Shown: piece by piece, positions 22,301 to 34,594 of the stretch
How positions within the stretch are numbered: position 1 is the first letter of the stretch
Layout of the letters: each line of letters starts with the position of its first letter
Source: Heteronotia binoei
Lineage: Eukaryota
Assembly: GCF_032191835.1 (NCBI RefSeq)
Contig: NC_083239.1
Coordinates: 40,052,001-40,116,000 of the forward strand
Length of the DNA: 64,000 nt
Direction: 5' to 3'
Notes under the pieces: model-generated
Database searches by the model: none
Told to the model about the DNA's origin: nothing
Seen by the model: the letters and a program-made list of their open reading frames with translations, nothing else
Made by a program: the position numbers and the translations under genes

Positions 22301-25300
22301 CACTGCCGCAGGAGGTGGTGGCAGCTACAAGCATAGCCACCTTCAAGAGGGGAATGGATAAGCATATGGAGCATAGGTCCATCCGTGGCTATTAGCCACA
22401 GCTTATTGTTGAAACTCTCTGTCTGGGGCAGTGATGCTCTGTATTCTTGTGCTTGGAGGGGAGGCACAGTGGGAGGGCTTCTAGCCCCACTGGTGGACCT
22501 CTTAACGGCACTTGGGTTGTTGTTTTTTACCACTGTGTGGCACAGAGTGTTGGACTGGATAGACCATTGGCCTGATCCAACATGCCTTCTCTTATGTTCT
22601 TATGAATGCCACATCCTGGTCAGCGCTGGGGGCAGGACGGCTGGCTTGACGCGTCTTCCTTGCACTCCTGAGCAGCGGAGACAGAACATACGTCCGTTTG
22701 CGATGCTTGTGACGCTCCCGTTTTCCTCTCTCTCCAGTCTTTCTGCAGAACAAAGCCAAGAGGAAGAACTTCTGCCCCCGGAACCTGAAGCAGATGCACC
22801 TCGTGATCGATAAGATCATGATGCACTCCCATCTGAAATACAAGGGTAACGTATCTTTCCGAGTCTGCCCAAAGGCCAGAAGGCAGAGATAAATAATTGT
22901 AGCGGACAATGGGGCAAAAGGCACATGAGCCTGTCTGTGCCCCATGTGTGGTTCAGGGAGAAAAAGGGAGGTTGGGCCCGAACCTATATGGGTGTTGGTG
23001 GTTGGCCTTTAGAAGCAGTCTTCCGTCTTCCCAGAAGCAGAGAGATGGAGGAAGGGCTTGTAAGCAAGGTTTTTGGCAGGGCTTTTTTTTGTAGCAGGAT
23101 CTCCTTTGCATTTTAGGCCACACACCCCTGATGTAGCCAATCCTCCTGGAGCTGACGGTAGGCCCTGTAAGAAAAGCTCTGCAAGCTCTTGGAGGATTGG
23201 CTACTTCAGGGGGGAGTGGCCTAATATGCAAAAGAGTTCCTTCTACAAAAAAGAAGCCCTCATTTTTTTGTTGATGTTCTTCACTCTATTGTGGTATAAA
23301 AAGTTGTTCCACGCTGTATTTGTCTGTGCTGTGGCAGAGAACCGTAACTTGATTGACACTACGGTTTTGCTCGGTACCATGCAGGACAGAAAGGACAACT
23401 GCCTCATGGGCATCTTTGTCTGCTTAGACAGGTGAACAGGTCAGCTCCTTGGGACCCTGTTTATCTGCCTTATGTTGCGCAGGCCACCACATCTCACTTA
23501 ATGACAAATTATTGGGGTTTTTCGCACAGCTGCCACAGCTCAGTATTCAGTGGCAGCTGCCATCTCAGAAGAACACTCCGTCAGAAGTGCCTTGACGTAA
23601 CGACAGCCCCCGTAGCCAATACTCCCTTTAAGTTGTGGAGTCTTGTGAGCAGAAGTTCCGCTTTGTGACCTACTGGCATACAAGTTGGGAGCCACTGCAT
23701 AAATTAGCTGGTCTGTTACCGAAGAAACGACCTCTTCACCTAAAGAGGCCTGGAAGCTTCTTAACAATTTGGTTTTCAGATGCTCCCAGAATCTGGGTCG
23801 GTTTTGCCCAAAGGGCAAGGATAAAGCAGCCCTGTCCTTTATTTCTCCTCTGAACAGAAAGGCACCCCCTGGAGCACAACGGTACTTCCTTCCTTGTCAG
23901 TCTGAAGATGCTAGGACCAGTATTCCCTCTAAGCTGCAGTCTTTTTACTTTGTGAGCTACTGGCATTATAGTTGTGAGCTGCTGTGTAAATGAGTTTGCT
24001 CTGGGGCCATTTTTCCTGAGCTAAGACAAAAATGCGTGAGCCGGAGGCTAAAAAACTGTGAGCTAGCTCACTCCGCTTAGAGGGAACACTGCCTGTGGCT
24101 GTAGAGGTGGTGAACGGTGCCATCAAGTTACAGGCAACTTTAGGCAATCCCGTAGGATTTTCAAGGCAAGGGATGGAGAGAGGCGGTTTGCCCTTGCCTG
24201 CCTCTGCAGAGCAGCCCTGGAGTTCCTTGGTGGTCTCCCATCCAAGGGCTGCCCACGGCTGACCCTGCTTAGCTTCTGAGATCTGATGTGATCAGGCTGG
24301 CCTTGATCCATCCAGGTGAGGGTGCTGGAGGGCGGCCAAAATGCATCTTGAGAATCTCCATGCATAGACTTTGTCCAGCTAAGCTGTTTTTTCCCCCCTC
24401 CTGCCAGGCACCCTTTCCATGCTGGACTGCAATATATTCCCCGGCCTGCCCCCGAGTTACCTGGACACGGAGGTCAACCTGTTCTTGCTGCCTTTCATGG
24501 ACACGGATGCAGACGACGCTTTGCCCAGAGCTTGTAAGGAACCCCAGTTCCTCCCTACTCCTTTCTGGCTATATGAATGGCAGCGAATCCGAGGCGCTTT
24601 TCCTCCCACCCCTGACCTGGGCCCATCACGTTCACCTGCATAATCCAGCATTATCAGCGCCCATCACGTTTCTCTTGCATAATCCAGACCGCAGGGCATG
24701 GGGAGAGAAACTGCCCTATGAGACTGGCAGAGAGCGCTGAATGGATCACATAAGTGAGCCAAGCTGCAAAGGAAGGGTCACTAGGCAATACTGAGCCAGG
24801 TTGACTTCCCGGCTCTGTGCGTCGACTCCAGCTTCCAGGCAGCCATCTGTTGCCTTCCCTATTACTTAAGGTGGCCTGAATGGCATTGAGCGGCACCTGG
24901 GCCCTTTCCCACATCGTTCCAGCTCTGGAATGGGTTCCCTCAAGAGGTGAGGCATGGCCTCCTCCCTTGGAGATCTTCAGAAGGTGCTGCAAATCTTACC
25001 TGTTTGCCAGGGCTTTTGAGGGAGTTTGAATTGGCAGGTATCTTTGAAGGTATCTTCAAGGCAGGGAGACATTTGAGGGTCTGTTATTTTATTCTGGTTT
25101 CGTCTCTGAACTGTTGTCATAAGCCACCAAAACGAGGTATAAATGTTTTGATTAATAAATACAATTGGTTGAAAAGATCCTGGAGGACACAGCACAAATC
25201 CCGTGCGGTGCGGGGGTTGAAGAGTGCCAGACTAGGATCTGGGAGCCCCGGGTTCGAATCCCCACGCTGCCATGGAAGCTCATCAGGTGACCCTGGGCAG

Positions 25301-28300
25301 GTCACACGCTTTCAGCCTTGCCTACCTCGCAGGGTTGTTGTGAGGATAAAATAGAGCAGCGATGTAAGCCGCTTCGGGTCTCCACTAGGGAGGAAGGCAG
25401 GGCATAAATGAATTAAATAAAATCCATTTAATAAAAAAAGGAGCCCGGTGGTGCAGAGTGGTAAAGCTGCAGTACTGCAGTCCAAGCTCTGCTCACGACC
25501 TGAATTCGATCCCAGCGGAAGCTGGTTCAGGTCGCTGGCTCAAGGTTGACTCAGCCTTCCGAGGTCAGTAAACTGAGTACCCAGCTTGCTGGGGGGTAGA
25601 TGACTGGGGAAGGCAAGGGCAAACCATCCTGTAAAAAGTCTGCCATGAATAGAGATGTGAAGGCCTGGAAAAAAACCCAGAAAAATTCAGAAAAAACCCC
25701 AGAGATTGTTGCTCCATTTGTTACAATTACAAATAAATATTATTTTAAAAGTAAATTCTGTTTGTAATAATTGTTTGGCTACACTATATTTTTAATGTGC
25801 TGGTTGTGATAATTTCATGCCAAGTAAAATTGTCCATAGTCGTATTTGATGTTCCTAAAATAACAGAATGGCTTTCAATCTGGGAAAGAAAAAAGAAGTG
25901 CTAACGTAGCATTTTTTTTTTTCAATTTTTCCAAAAATGTCCGGTTTTTTTCCTCAAAAAACCTGGCAAAAAAACGAGTTCTTTTTCCCAAGCTTCAAAA
26001 TTTCCAGAAATTTTACATCTCTAGCTGTGAAAACGTCCTGATGCGACATCACCCCAGAGTCGGAAATGACTGGTGTTTGCACAAGAGTCTACCTTTACTG
26101 AATTAAAAAAAACCCAGAAACCCTGCCTTCCCCCAAACATGCACTGAGAAGACTCCCAGCCACCAAGCACTCTGTAGTTAGGGAGACCTTTCATGCCCTC
26201 TGTAGCTTTTTCCTCCTTCCCACCCCGAATCTTTGCAGTCCTCCCGGGGAAAGGAGGGCCTGTCATGTAGTGAAAAGCTTCAGGTGCTTTAACAATAACC
26301 GTAGCTAGTTCTGTCCCTTTTTCTTTTCCCTTACATGTTGTTTTGAATTTTGTTCCCCGCCCCCAGTTTGTTAATGTCAAGCTTTGTGTATTTGTTGAGT
26401 AGTTGACTAGTTGCATGCAATGTTCCCTCTAAGCTGCAGAGTCTTGTGAGCAGAAATTCCACTTTGTGAGCTACTGGCCTTAAAGTCGTGAGCTGCATGA
26501 ATTATTATGCTCTGGGGCCATTTTTCCTGAGCTAATGTGTGAGCTGGAGGCTAAAAATCTGTGAGCTAGCTCACACTAACTCAGCTTAGAGGGAACACTG
26601 GTTGCATGTATTTTTCAAAAATGCAACAGGTGAGAGTCAGTGTATTCTCTCTCTTCCGCCTGCCTCTCCTTTTCACAGCCCCGGGAAGCAGCCCACTCTT
26701 CTCCCTTCTGCCTGGCTACAAGGGGCACCCCAGCTTCCAGTCTCTGATCGCCAAGCTCCGGAGCCAGATCATGTCCATGTCTCGGCCTCAGCTCTCCCAC
26801 ACCATCCTGACGGAAAAGAACTGGTGAGCAGACAGCAACGGGAGGAGGATAGAAGGGGGCTTGGGCTGCAAAGAGCATCTGTGCAGTTTCTTGCCAAATG
26901 GAAAATAGCACCTTCAGGTTACTCTAAAGCAGGGGTGGCCAAACTTGCTTAATGTAAGAGCCACATAAACAATAGATGTTTGAGAGCCACAAGACATGAT
27001 TGCAGATGTGTGAGAGCTGGAAGGAAGGAAGAAAGGAGAAGAAGATGATACTGGATTTATATCCTGTCCTATACTCTGAATCTCAGTCTCAGAGCGGTCA
27101 CAATCTCCTTTACCTTCCCCTCCCCCACAGCTGACACACTGTGAGGTAGGTGGGGCTGAGAGGGCTCAGCTGCCCTATCAAGGACAACCTCTGCCACAGC
27201 TATGGCTGACCCAAGGCCATTCCAGCAGCTGCAAGTGGAGGAATTGGGAATCAAACCCGGTTCTCCCAGATAAACGTCCATGCACTTAACCACTGCACCA
27301 AACTGGAAGGAAGGAAGGAAGGAAGGAAGGAAGGAAGGAAGGAAGGAAGGAAGGAAGGAAGGAAGGAAGGAAAGAAAGAAAATAGGTGGGGGAGGGAGGG
27401 AGAGGTGGAAGGAAATCAACTTTAACTTAAAAATGCATTCTCCAAGTTGCTAGCTGGCTTGGCTTGAAGCGATTTATTGCTTCCTCCAAGCCGGGCAACA
27501 GGATGGTGGGGGCTTTGAGAGCCACACAATACGCGTGAAAGAACCACATGTGGCTCCCAAGCCGCAGTTTGGCCAGTCCTACTCTAAAGCGATGAGTATG
27601 TTCCAATTTCCTGGATCCAAAGAGGTAGACAAATTCTGCCTTTAAGGTGCCACAGCTTGCTGCATTGGGTTCCTATACACCACTCCCTCACCCTGCATTT
27701 GAAAGGGGGAAATGTCTTCCTTGGAGAGCTGGCATGGTATAGTGGTCAGCGTGTCAGATCAGAATCTGAAAGATTGGGCTTCAATCTGCACTCGGCCATT
27801 ATTTATTTCATTCGACTTCTTACCCGCCCTCCTGTGCCCCACAAGGCTCAGGGTGGGTCACCAATTGCTGCAGAAACTTGTGGCGTCCCCTTGTGCCAGA
27901 CACCTGCTCCTGGTGTAACCTACCTCGCAGAGTTGTTGTGAGATTAAAATAGAGATGTGAATGATGTAAACTGCATTAGACTCCCCAAATACGTAGAAAG
28001 GTGGTGCATAAACGAAGCAAATAAATATGGGGATGAAACCAATAAATAAGACAATGCATTTTTTGGAGACACCCTCTCCACCTGCCCACTTTTGAGGCCT
28101 TAACCCAGGGGTGTTGAACTCATTTGTTATGAGGGCCGGATCCGATATAAATGAGGCCACATCAGGCCGGGCCACGTGTGTTCCTATTTAAGATTAAGGT
28201 AGCAGAGATATAAACTTTTTAAAGGACACAGACAAACACGACAAAAAAAACCTCCCACCTTAAAATAAAACATGCTTAAAGCATTAGCACTTGTTGGTCT

Positions 28301-28858
28301 TAAAGGTGCTTTCTTTGTAGTTCTTCCAGGAGATCCAGGGGACTGGGCAAAGGAAGCTCTGGCTCTTTCCCGCCCTCCCCAGGGGACCAGGAGGGGGAGG
28401 AGCCTCAACCAATGGAGAAAATTGAGGTTTTGCTCTGAGCAAGCCTTGCAAAGCAATCTGAGATGAAGAAGGAAGCGAGAGAGAGAAGGAAGCAGTCAAG
28501 AGCCAGTTGCTCAGGGGCCTGATAGGAGCCCTCCGAGGGCCTGATTCGGCCCCCGGGCCACATGCTTGACACCCCTGCCTTAACCTTTCCCTCCGTATGT
28601 TTTCGAGTGGGTTTTAACAACCCAGCATAAGATGCAGAAATAGATGCAATTATATTTGATGCTGTTCACTCTGCACACCTGTTCTTTGGAGGCGCACAGC
28701 CCTGACCCAACGATACCGCAGAACCGGTCAATGGAAATGCACTGGATCTCACGGCGACATCTCTCTTTCTCTTGGGCAGGTTCCACTACGCGGCGCGCAT
28801 CTGGGACGGTGTGAAGAAGTCCTCTGCCCTTGCGGAGTACAGCCGCCTGCTGGCGTGA
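9336..28858 (+). CDS. SMG9: Nonsense-mediated mRNA decay factor SMG9; join 9336-9480, 9568-9642, 10942-11185, 13042-13139, 15042-15154, 15985-16096, 17334-17429, 19189-19274, 20962-21068, 22738-22845, 24408-24533, 26679-26823, 28780-28858
   Basis: Peptides match SMG9 as recalled (MSESGH, QKTPIIL.KPPAER, P-loop GLQGTGKS, WFHYAARIWDGV...EYSRLLA*); all introns GT-AG with consistent phases; one extra G near 9355. Confidence 0.97.
9568..9642 (+). CDS. SMG9: SMG9 coding exon 2
   Basis: DPVDEPMGSMMQKTPIILAKPPAER. Confidence 0.95.
9778..10045 (+). mobile_element. tRNA/CORE (MIR-like) squamate SINE
   Basis: TTTGGTGTAGTGGTTAAG head and CACCTCGCAGGGTG core; about ten copies in the window (13207, 20415, 27045, 38010, 41255, 45862, 52530, 53960, 59200). 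Confidence 0.8.
10942..11185 (+). CDS. SMG9: SMG9 coding exon 3
   Basis: SKGAPLPP...EKPIVLMK...GQRPTQPVYQIQNRGMG. Confidence 0.95.
11540..11900 (-). mobile_element. L1/Tx1-like ORF2 C-terminal fragment
   Basis: LLFTAVKHTIAATWKSKESPSLKIW resembles an L1/Tx1 ORF2 tail. Confidence 0.5.
13042..13139 (+). CDS. SMG9: SMG9 coding exon 4
   Basis: VVGQAKLLAPEKMKHSIKLVDDQMNWCDSAIE. Confidence 0.95.
13207..13595 (+). mobile_element. tRNA/CORE SINE with an internal 108-bp tandem duplication
   Basis: 13238-13345 is repeated at 13346-13453. Confidence 0.8.
14136..14542 (-). mobile_element. Solo LTR inserted into a CR1 3' fragment
   Basis: Ends TATCGGTG...CACCGACA (7/8 inverted); near-TSD GAGC/GAGG; ATTGG and TATATAA on minus; host CR1 resumes after it. 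Confidence 0.65.
15042..15154 (+). CDS. SMG9: SMG9 coding exon 5 (Walker A)
   Basis: YLLDQTDVLVVGVLGLQGTGKSMVMSLLS. Confidence 0.96.
15985..16096 (+). CDS. SMG9: SMG9 coding exon 6
   Basis: TYVFRTQSQEIKERGGNQTSGIDFFITQERIIFLDTQ. Confidence 0.95.
16625..16770 (+). mobile_element. 5S rRNA-derived SINE
   Basis: GCCCGATCTTGTCAGATCTCAGAAGCTAAGCAGG...GGATGGGAGACC resembles 5S rRNA but is diverged. Confidence 0.75.
17334..17429 (+). CDS. SMG9: SMG9 coding exon 7
   Basis: PILSPSILDHLINNDRKLPPEYNLPHTYVEMQ. Confidence 0.96.
18262..18480 (+). mobile_element. 5S rRNA-derived SINE with a Sauria/RTE-like tail
   Basis: GGAAGCTAAGCAGCGTCGGCCCTGGTTAGTCCTTGGATGGGAGACC followed by a GGACAATGGCAAGC tail; more copies at 17745, 17865, 21770, 24100 and 29985. 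Confidence 0.75.
19189..19274 (+). CDS. SMG9: SMG9 coding exon 8
   Basis: SLQIAAFLFTVCHVVIVVQDWFTDLSLYR. Confidence 0.96.
20962..21068 (+). CDS. SMG9: SMG9 coding exon 9
   Basis: FLQTAEMVKPSTPSPSHESSSASGSDEGTEYYPHI. Confidence 0.96.
21985..22605 (+). mobile_element. CR1 LINE 3' fragment
   Basis: ALEKVQKRATRMIKGL...RRLRGDVIEVYKIMHG...RTRGHSMKL and a CR1 3' tail. Confidence 0.92.
22738..22845 (+). CDS. SMG9: SMG9 coding exon 10
   Basis: VFLQNKAKRKNFCPRNLKQMHLVIDKIMMHSHLKYKG. Confidence 0.93.
24408..24533 (+). CDS. SMG9: SMG9 coding exon 11
   Basis: TLSMLDCNIFPGLPPSYLDTEVNLFLLPFMD. Confidence 0.95.
26679..26823 (+). CDS. SMG9: SMG9 coding exon 12
   Basis: PGSSPLFSLLPGYKGHPSFQSLIAKLRSQIMSMSRPQLSHTILTEKNW. 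Confidence 0.96.
27305..27372 (+). repeat. (GGAA)n microsatellite
   Basis: Direct tandem repeat inside a MITE. Confidence 0.95.
28780..28858 (+). CDS. SMG9: SMG9 last coding exon
   Basis: FHYAARIWDGVKKSSALAEYSRLLA then TGA. Confidence 0.96.
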
Positions 28859-29528
28859 ACGTGGTGCCTTCGTGCGTGCTGGAGCCAGACGCCTCCTATC
28901 TCGAGTCGGGCGAGCCGGAGTCCCTGTTCCCGCCGTTCAGGGATACCAAGTGGTGTGCGGAACCCAGTGGGGGAGCGTAGAGGCAGGGCCGTCAGGTGCC
29001 ATAACGAGATCAAGGAGCAGACAACCGCCGGAAGTGGAAGACGTGTCGTCGTTTCTGTGCTGGGCCGTCGTCCTGCCTGCCACCCAGCACGGATCATGTC
29101 TCTCGTTGCCGTTTCTCATTTCCATCTGCACACCTAGAAGGAAGAGCTGTTCTCTTGAGCTGCCGTATCCTTCTGGAAATGGGGAGTCTTTCAGCCCAGG
29201 TGAAGGTTCTACCAAGACCAGCTGACCCCCCCCCCCCCAGCCCTGCAGCACCAGAGAGACCCCTCTGCATTAGCTTTGGTGGGTCAAGGTCAGCGGGGAG
29301 TTAACTTTTGCGGCTTGGAGGATGCTGCTGTCTGATTCGTCTTTCCCCTGACCCCTCCCTTTCCTTCTGTACTTTTCTTGCATCCATCCACCTCAAGGGA
29401 AAGGGTATTTAAGCCTCCCCACCCTCTTTGCTATATCCTGTGTCTCTCCCAGAGCCATTCTGGGATTCCCCATTCTTCTGCCGCAAAGTGAATCGATCAC
29501 TCCCTTTTGCGCATCCGTTCCATTGTTC

Positions 29529-29534
29529 AATAAA
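29529..29534 (+). terminator. Probable SMG9 polyadenylation signal
   Basis: AATAAA about 670 nt after the stop codon, followed by GT/T-rich sequence. Confidence 0.6.
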
Positions 29535-29607
29535 GCATGTTGAATTGCTTTGTGCTTCTGTTTCAAAGGTCTAGCGCCGTATGAGGCTATCGCTAACCCT
29601 CTGTTAC

Positions 29608-29895
29608 GAGCCCCGTGGCGCAGAGTGGTAAGCTGCAGTATTGCAGACCAAGCTCTGCTCACGACCTGAGTTCGATCCCGGCGGAAGCTGGATTCAGGTA
29701 GCCGGCTCAAGGTTGACTCAGCCTTCCATCCTTCCGAGGTCGGTAAACTGAGTCCCCAGCTTGCTGGGGGTAAAGTGTGGATGACTGGGGAAGGCAATGG
29801 CAAATCACCCCGTAAAAAAAGTCTGCTGTGAAAATGTCGTCAGCCCAGAGTCGGAAATGACTAGTGCTTGCACAGGGGACTACCTTTACCTTTTT
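29608..29895 (+). mobile_element. Sauria-type SINE, near full length
   Basis: GAGCCCCGTGGCGCAGAGTGGTAAG head through a CAGGGGACTACCTTTACCTTT tail. Confidence 0.85.
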
Positions 29896-30129
29896 AACCC
29901 TCTGTCGACCTACTTTCAGAAGGTAGCCGAGCTGATCTGCAGCGGGACATCTAGATTTGCATCCGGGAGCACCTTAAGAGCCTGGTCTCGATAGCCCAGG
30001 GCAGCCTGATCTCACCACATCTCAAAAGCTTAACAGGGTCAGCCCTGGTTAGTATCTAGATGGGAAACCGCCAAGGAAGACCAGGGTTGCTATGCAGAGG
30101 CAGGCAATGGCAAGCTGCCTTTGAACATT

Positions 30130-31523
30130 TATTTATTTATTTATTCCGGGATTTATATCCCGCCCTTCCCACGAGTGGCTCAGGGCGGCTTACAACAGAC
30201 AACAAAACAATAAAATCAGAATAAATTAGTTACATTTAAAATCAAGCATTTAAAAACCTAAAACCTTAAAATTAGTATTAACTATAGAGTTATCACAGAA
30301 ATCTAAAAGCTACATTTATCCAGTCAGGGGTAGGCTAACCAGAAGAGGGTCGTCTTACAGGCCCTGCGGAACTGGGTAAGATCCCGCAGGGCCCTCACCT
30401 CTTCCGGTAGCTGGTTCCACCACATAGGGGCCGTTGTAGAGAAGACCCTGTCTCTCGTTGTCTTGAGACGCACTTCCTTAGGCCCGGGGATGTTGAGAAG
30501 ATTTTGGGTCCCAGACCTCAGTACTCTCTGGGGAACGTGTGGGGAGAGACGGTCTCTCAGGTAGGCAGGTCCCAGGCCATATAGGGCTTTAAAGGTAATA
30601 ACCAGCACCTTGTACCGGACCCGGTATGTTATTGGGAGCCAGTGCAGAGCCCGAAGACCCGGCCGAATGTGCCCCCATCTTGGGAGGCCCAATAACAGCC
30701 GGGCCGCGGCATTCTGCACCAGCTGCAGTTTCCGGGTCCGGCACAGGGGCAGCCCCATGTAGAGGGCATTGCAGTAATCCAACCTCGAGGTGACCGTAGC
30801 GTGGATCACTGTTGCTAGGTCGTCGGGGTCCAGGAAGGGGGCCAACTGCCTTGCCCGTCTAAGATGAAAAAACGCGGACTTGGCAGCGGCCGCTATCTGG
30901 GCCTCCATCTTTAGGGACGGCTCCAGTAGCACCCCCAGGCTTCTGACCCTGTCCGCTGGCCTCAGCAGTACTCCGCCAAAAGTTGGCAGGGGGATTTCCC
31001 CCCCCGGTCCCCGATGGCCCAAACAAAGGACCTCTGTCTTCGCAGGATTCAGTGTCAGTCCACTCAGTCTGAGCCACTCAGCCACAGCCTGTAATGCCTG
31101 ATCTAGGTTCTCTGGGGCGCAGACCGGTTGGCCGTCCATAAGTAGATAGAGCTGGGTGTCATCAGCATACTGGTGGCACCCCAGCCCATACCTTCGGGCA
31201 ATCTGGGCAAGAGGTCGCATATAGATGTTGAATAACATCGGGGAGAGAACCGCTCCCTGGGGCACCCCACAGTTAAGTGAGCGCCTCTGGGATAGCTCCC
31301 CCCCAATAGCGACCCTCTGTCCCCGACCTTCAAGGAAAGAGGAAAGCCACTGCAAGGCTAACCCCTGAATCCCCGCGTCGGCGAGGCGGCAAGTCAGCAA
31401 CTGATGGTCGACCGTATCGAACGCTGCCGATAGGTCCAACAACATCAGTACCGCCGAGCCACCCCGATCCAGATGCCGTCGAAGGTCATCCACCAGGGCA
31501 ACCAACACCGTCTCCGTCCCATA
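30130..31523 (-). mobile_element. L2 LINE, 5' truncated, with an open RT-region ORF
   Basis: 394-aa ORF with LLDLSAAFDTVDH, GVPQGAVLSP and YADDTQLY; (TAAA)n tail at about 30130. Confidence 0.93.
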
Positions 31524-34412
31524 GATCCAGGTAGGCTGCCATGTCTACTGTCTGTAGCAGTAGGAAAAAGCAAGAGTCCAGTAGCATCTTAAAGACTACC
31601 AACATTTGTGGCAAGGCATGAGCTTTCGTGGACCTCTTGCCTTAAACCCCTAGGGGGTCACCATAACTTGGCTGCGACTTAACAGCAAAAAAGTCCCCCA
31701 AATTATTGGGGTATAAGCTTTTGAGAGTCAAAGCTCCCTTCGTCAGGTATTCATGCTCACAAAATCTTGTTGGTCTCTTCAGGGGCCACTGGACTCCAAA
31801 ACGGATAAAAGGAAGTACTTCTTCACCCAAAGGGCGATTAACACATGGAATTCACTGCCACAGGAGGTGGTGGCGGCTGCAAGCATAGCCAGCTTCAAGA
31901 GGGGGATTGGATAAGCATATGGAGCAGAGGTCCATCAGTGGCTATTAGCCACAGTATTGATGGAACTCTCTGGGGCAAGTGATGCTCTGTCTTCTTGGTG
32001 TTTTTTTGGGGGGGCAACAATGGGAGGGCTTCTAGTGTCCTGGCCCGATCGGTAGATCTCCTGATGACACCTGGAGGTTTTGGCCACTGTGTAACAAAGT
32101 GTTGGACTGGATGGGCCATTGGCTTGATTCAACATGGCTCCTCTTATGTTTAGCTGTTCTTGTGCTTCACAGTTTCTTCTCTATGGACCTCCTCTTCTTG
32201 CAGGCGCACTTGGAGTTTTTCAGGCTGAGGAGTCTGGACTTCAAAGAACACATCCTGTAAAGAAGGGAAAAGGCGATGTACCATTCTTTCCTCCCCCTTT
32301 CAAAAGAAAGTGAGAAAAAGCAGTGCTTCTGGGTTGTGAGAAGGGCTGAGCTTGGAATTCTTGCTTCTCCTTCACATACTGGAACTCTCAGAACTTCACT
32401 TTAGCAGTCAGGCAACTTTTAGGGCAGGATAGGCTGACTCAACGTAATTGGATAATGCAGTGCACCTTACCAGCTCCACCCAAATGCGCAGGCACAATTT
32501 CTCTGGCATGTGCTGAGGGACTAGGCAAATTCCTTGCCTGTCTTGTCTGTTCCAAGATGACAGCGCAGGCCAATGAAGCCTTGAAAATTGGCCTGAAGCC
32601 CTGACTTGGCGGAACTGCTTCCAGAAGAACACCCATCTTTGGTCTGTAGCTGAAGAAACGGCCTCTTCACCTAAAGAGGCCTGGATGCTTAAAGGTTTGA
32701 TTTTCAGATGCTCCCAGAATCTGGGTCGGTTTTGCCCAAAGGGCAAGGGTAAAGCAGTCCTGTCCTCTGAACAGAAAAACACCCTCTGGAGCACAATGGC
32801 ATTTCCTTCCTTGTCAATCTGAAGATGCTAGGACCTATAACACTGCTTAGAGCAGGGGTGTCGAACATGTGGCCCGGGGGCCAAATCAGGCCCCCAGAAG
32901 GCTATCACACACACCCCTCCGAGTAACTGGCTGTCATATGCTTCCTTCTCCTTATCTCTTGCTTCTTTCTGCAGTGTCAGCAAAGGGTTCATTGACGTTT
33001 CAAAATGATCAGACTTGTCTTTGTTGAAAAAACTAAGTTGACTTTATTGATAACGACAATGTTACCCTCTACATGGATTCATTGGAACTGATAACAGATA
33101 GCTTGAACCATTGGCATTTATGAATACACTTGAAAGGGTTTGGGCTTTAAACTATTTCCCATAATAAAACTACAGTTTGTCCCTGCAAGTAACACTTTCA
33201 CATGCCTGCTTATCTTTTACAGTTGATGGTTGCATCCCCCTCCTGGTGATGTCCTTGCTTTGCTCCGGAGGCGCCAGGGAGGTTAGCTGAGCATTTTACA
33301 CTTCAAAGGCCTCGCTGGCCTTTGGAACTTTGGTAACATTTATTCTCAACCCCCCCCCCCCCTACTATGCAGGGCACCTGGGTTAGTGGCTCAGAAATCT
33401 ATTAAGCATTCATGTTAGTAAGCAGTAATTAATAAATTCAGAAAGCAAAGGCAACTTCAATGAAACATAGTCTGACATGCAGAACAGCTTGCTTTGCAAG
33501 GCTTGCTCAATCACACAAGAGCTACAGAGCAAAAACTCTTGGATGAGGCTCCTCAAGGAGGAAGGGGAGAAGGCAGAGCTTGTTTTTCCAGGCTCTTTCA
33601 ATCGCACAGCAGAGCTACTGAGCCAAGCCTCTCTTCCTTCTATTGGCTGAGGCTCCTCCCAGTCCCCTGGGGAAGGAAGGAAAGAGCCATAGCTTCCTTT
33701 GCCCAGTTCCCTGGATCCCATGGGAGAGATACAAAGAAAGCACCTTTAAGACCAACAACTGCTAAAGTTTTAATCATGTCTTAAGTTTTTTTTTTAATGA
33801 AAAAAATAATTGTGTTTCTCTGTATCCTTTATAAAGTTTATATCTCTTGCCACCTAATCTTAAATAGGTATACACATAGCCTGACCTGACACGGCCCGGC
33901 CCAATCTGACATGGCCCGACCCAACAAGGTCTCATTTATGCCAGATCCGGCCCTCATAACAAATGAGTTCGATGCCCCTGGCTTAGAGTGATGAGGCACT
34001 TAAAATTAAGGGAGAAGTCATCTGTTCAGAAGGCTTGTTGAATTCATTCCCGCTTTTCTCCCTTCACTCCCAATTTGTACGGGATGCACAGAACGCTGGA
34101 ACTCTTCTGACACTGGCTTGTTCTCGCACAGCGTAGGGTTAAGTACACATACACACGGATGCGTATGAAAATGCCTTATGCTGCATCTGACTCTCGATCC
34201 ACCACAGTCAATACCGTTTGCTGAAGGTGGGCAGCAGCACCCCTTTCACTGGAGACGCCAGGGATTGAACCTGGGACCTTCTGCACGACAAGCTGTTGTT
34301 TTGCAACTGAACCCTAGACTTTCCCCTAAACAGACAGTCCCAAAACCCGTCTCTGGAATACTGTGGGCTCTGAGCTGGTTCCTACTGAACTTGGCGGACA
34401 CACCTGAGGATG

Positions 34413-34594
34413 AACGAAGCAGGAGTCAAGTTGCACCTTTAAGACCGACCAAGTTTATTCAGAACGTAAGCTTTCATGTGAAGAAATGTGTTTTTAGCGC
34501 ACGAAAGCTTACGTTCTGAATAAACTTGGTCGGTCTTAAAAGTGCGACTTGACTCCTGCTTCAGACCAACACGGCTGCCCTCTTGGATCTAGCT
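34413..34594. mobile_element. Palindromic hammerhead-family mini element with a 13-bp TSD
   Basis: Inverted arms 34416-34562; ACACCTGAGGATG at 34400-34412 and 34595-34607. Confidence 0.75.

Noticed and set aside
22756-22772. SMG9 AKRKNF where I recall ARREDF in human
   Set aside because: Based on memory of the ortholog; compatible with ordinary divergence or a base-call error
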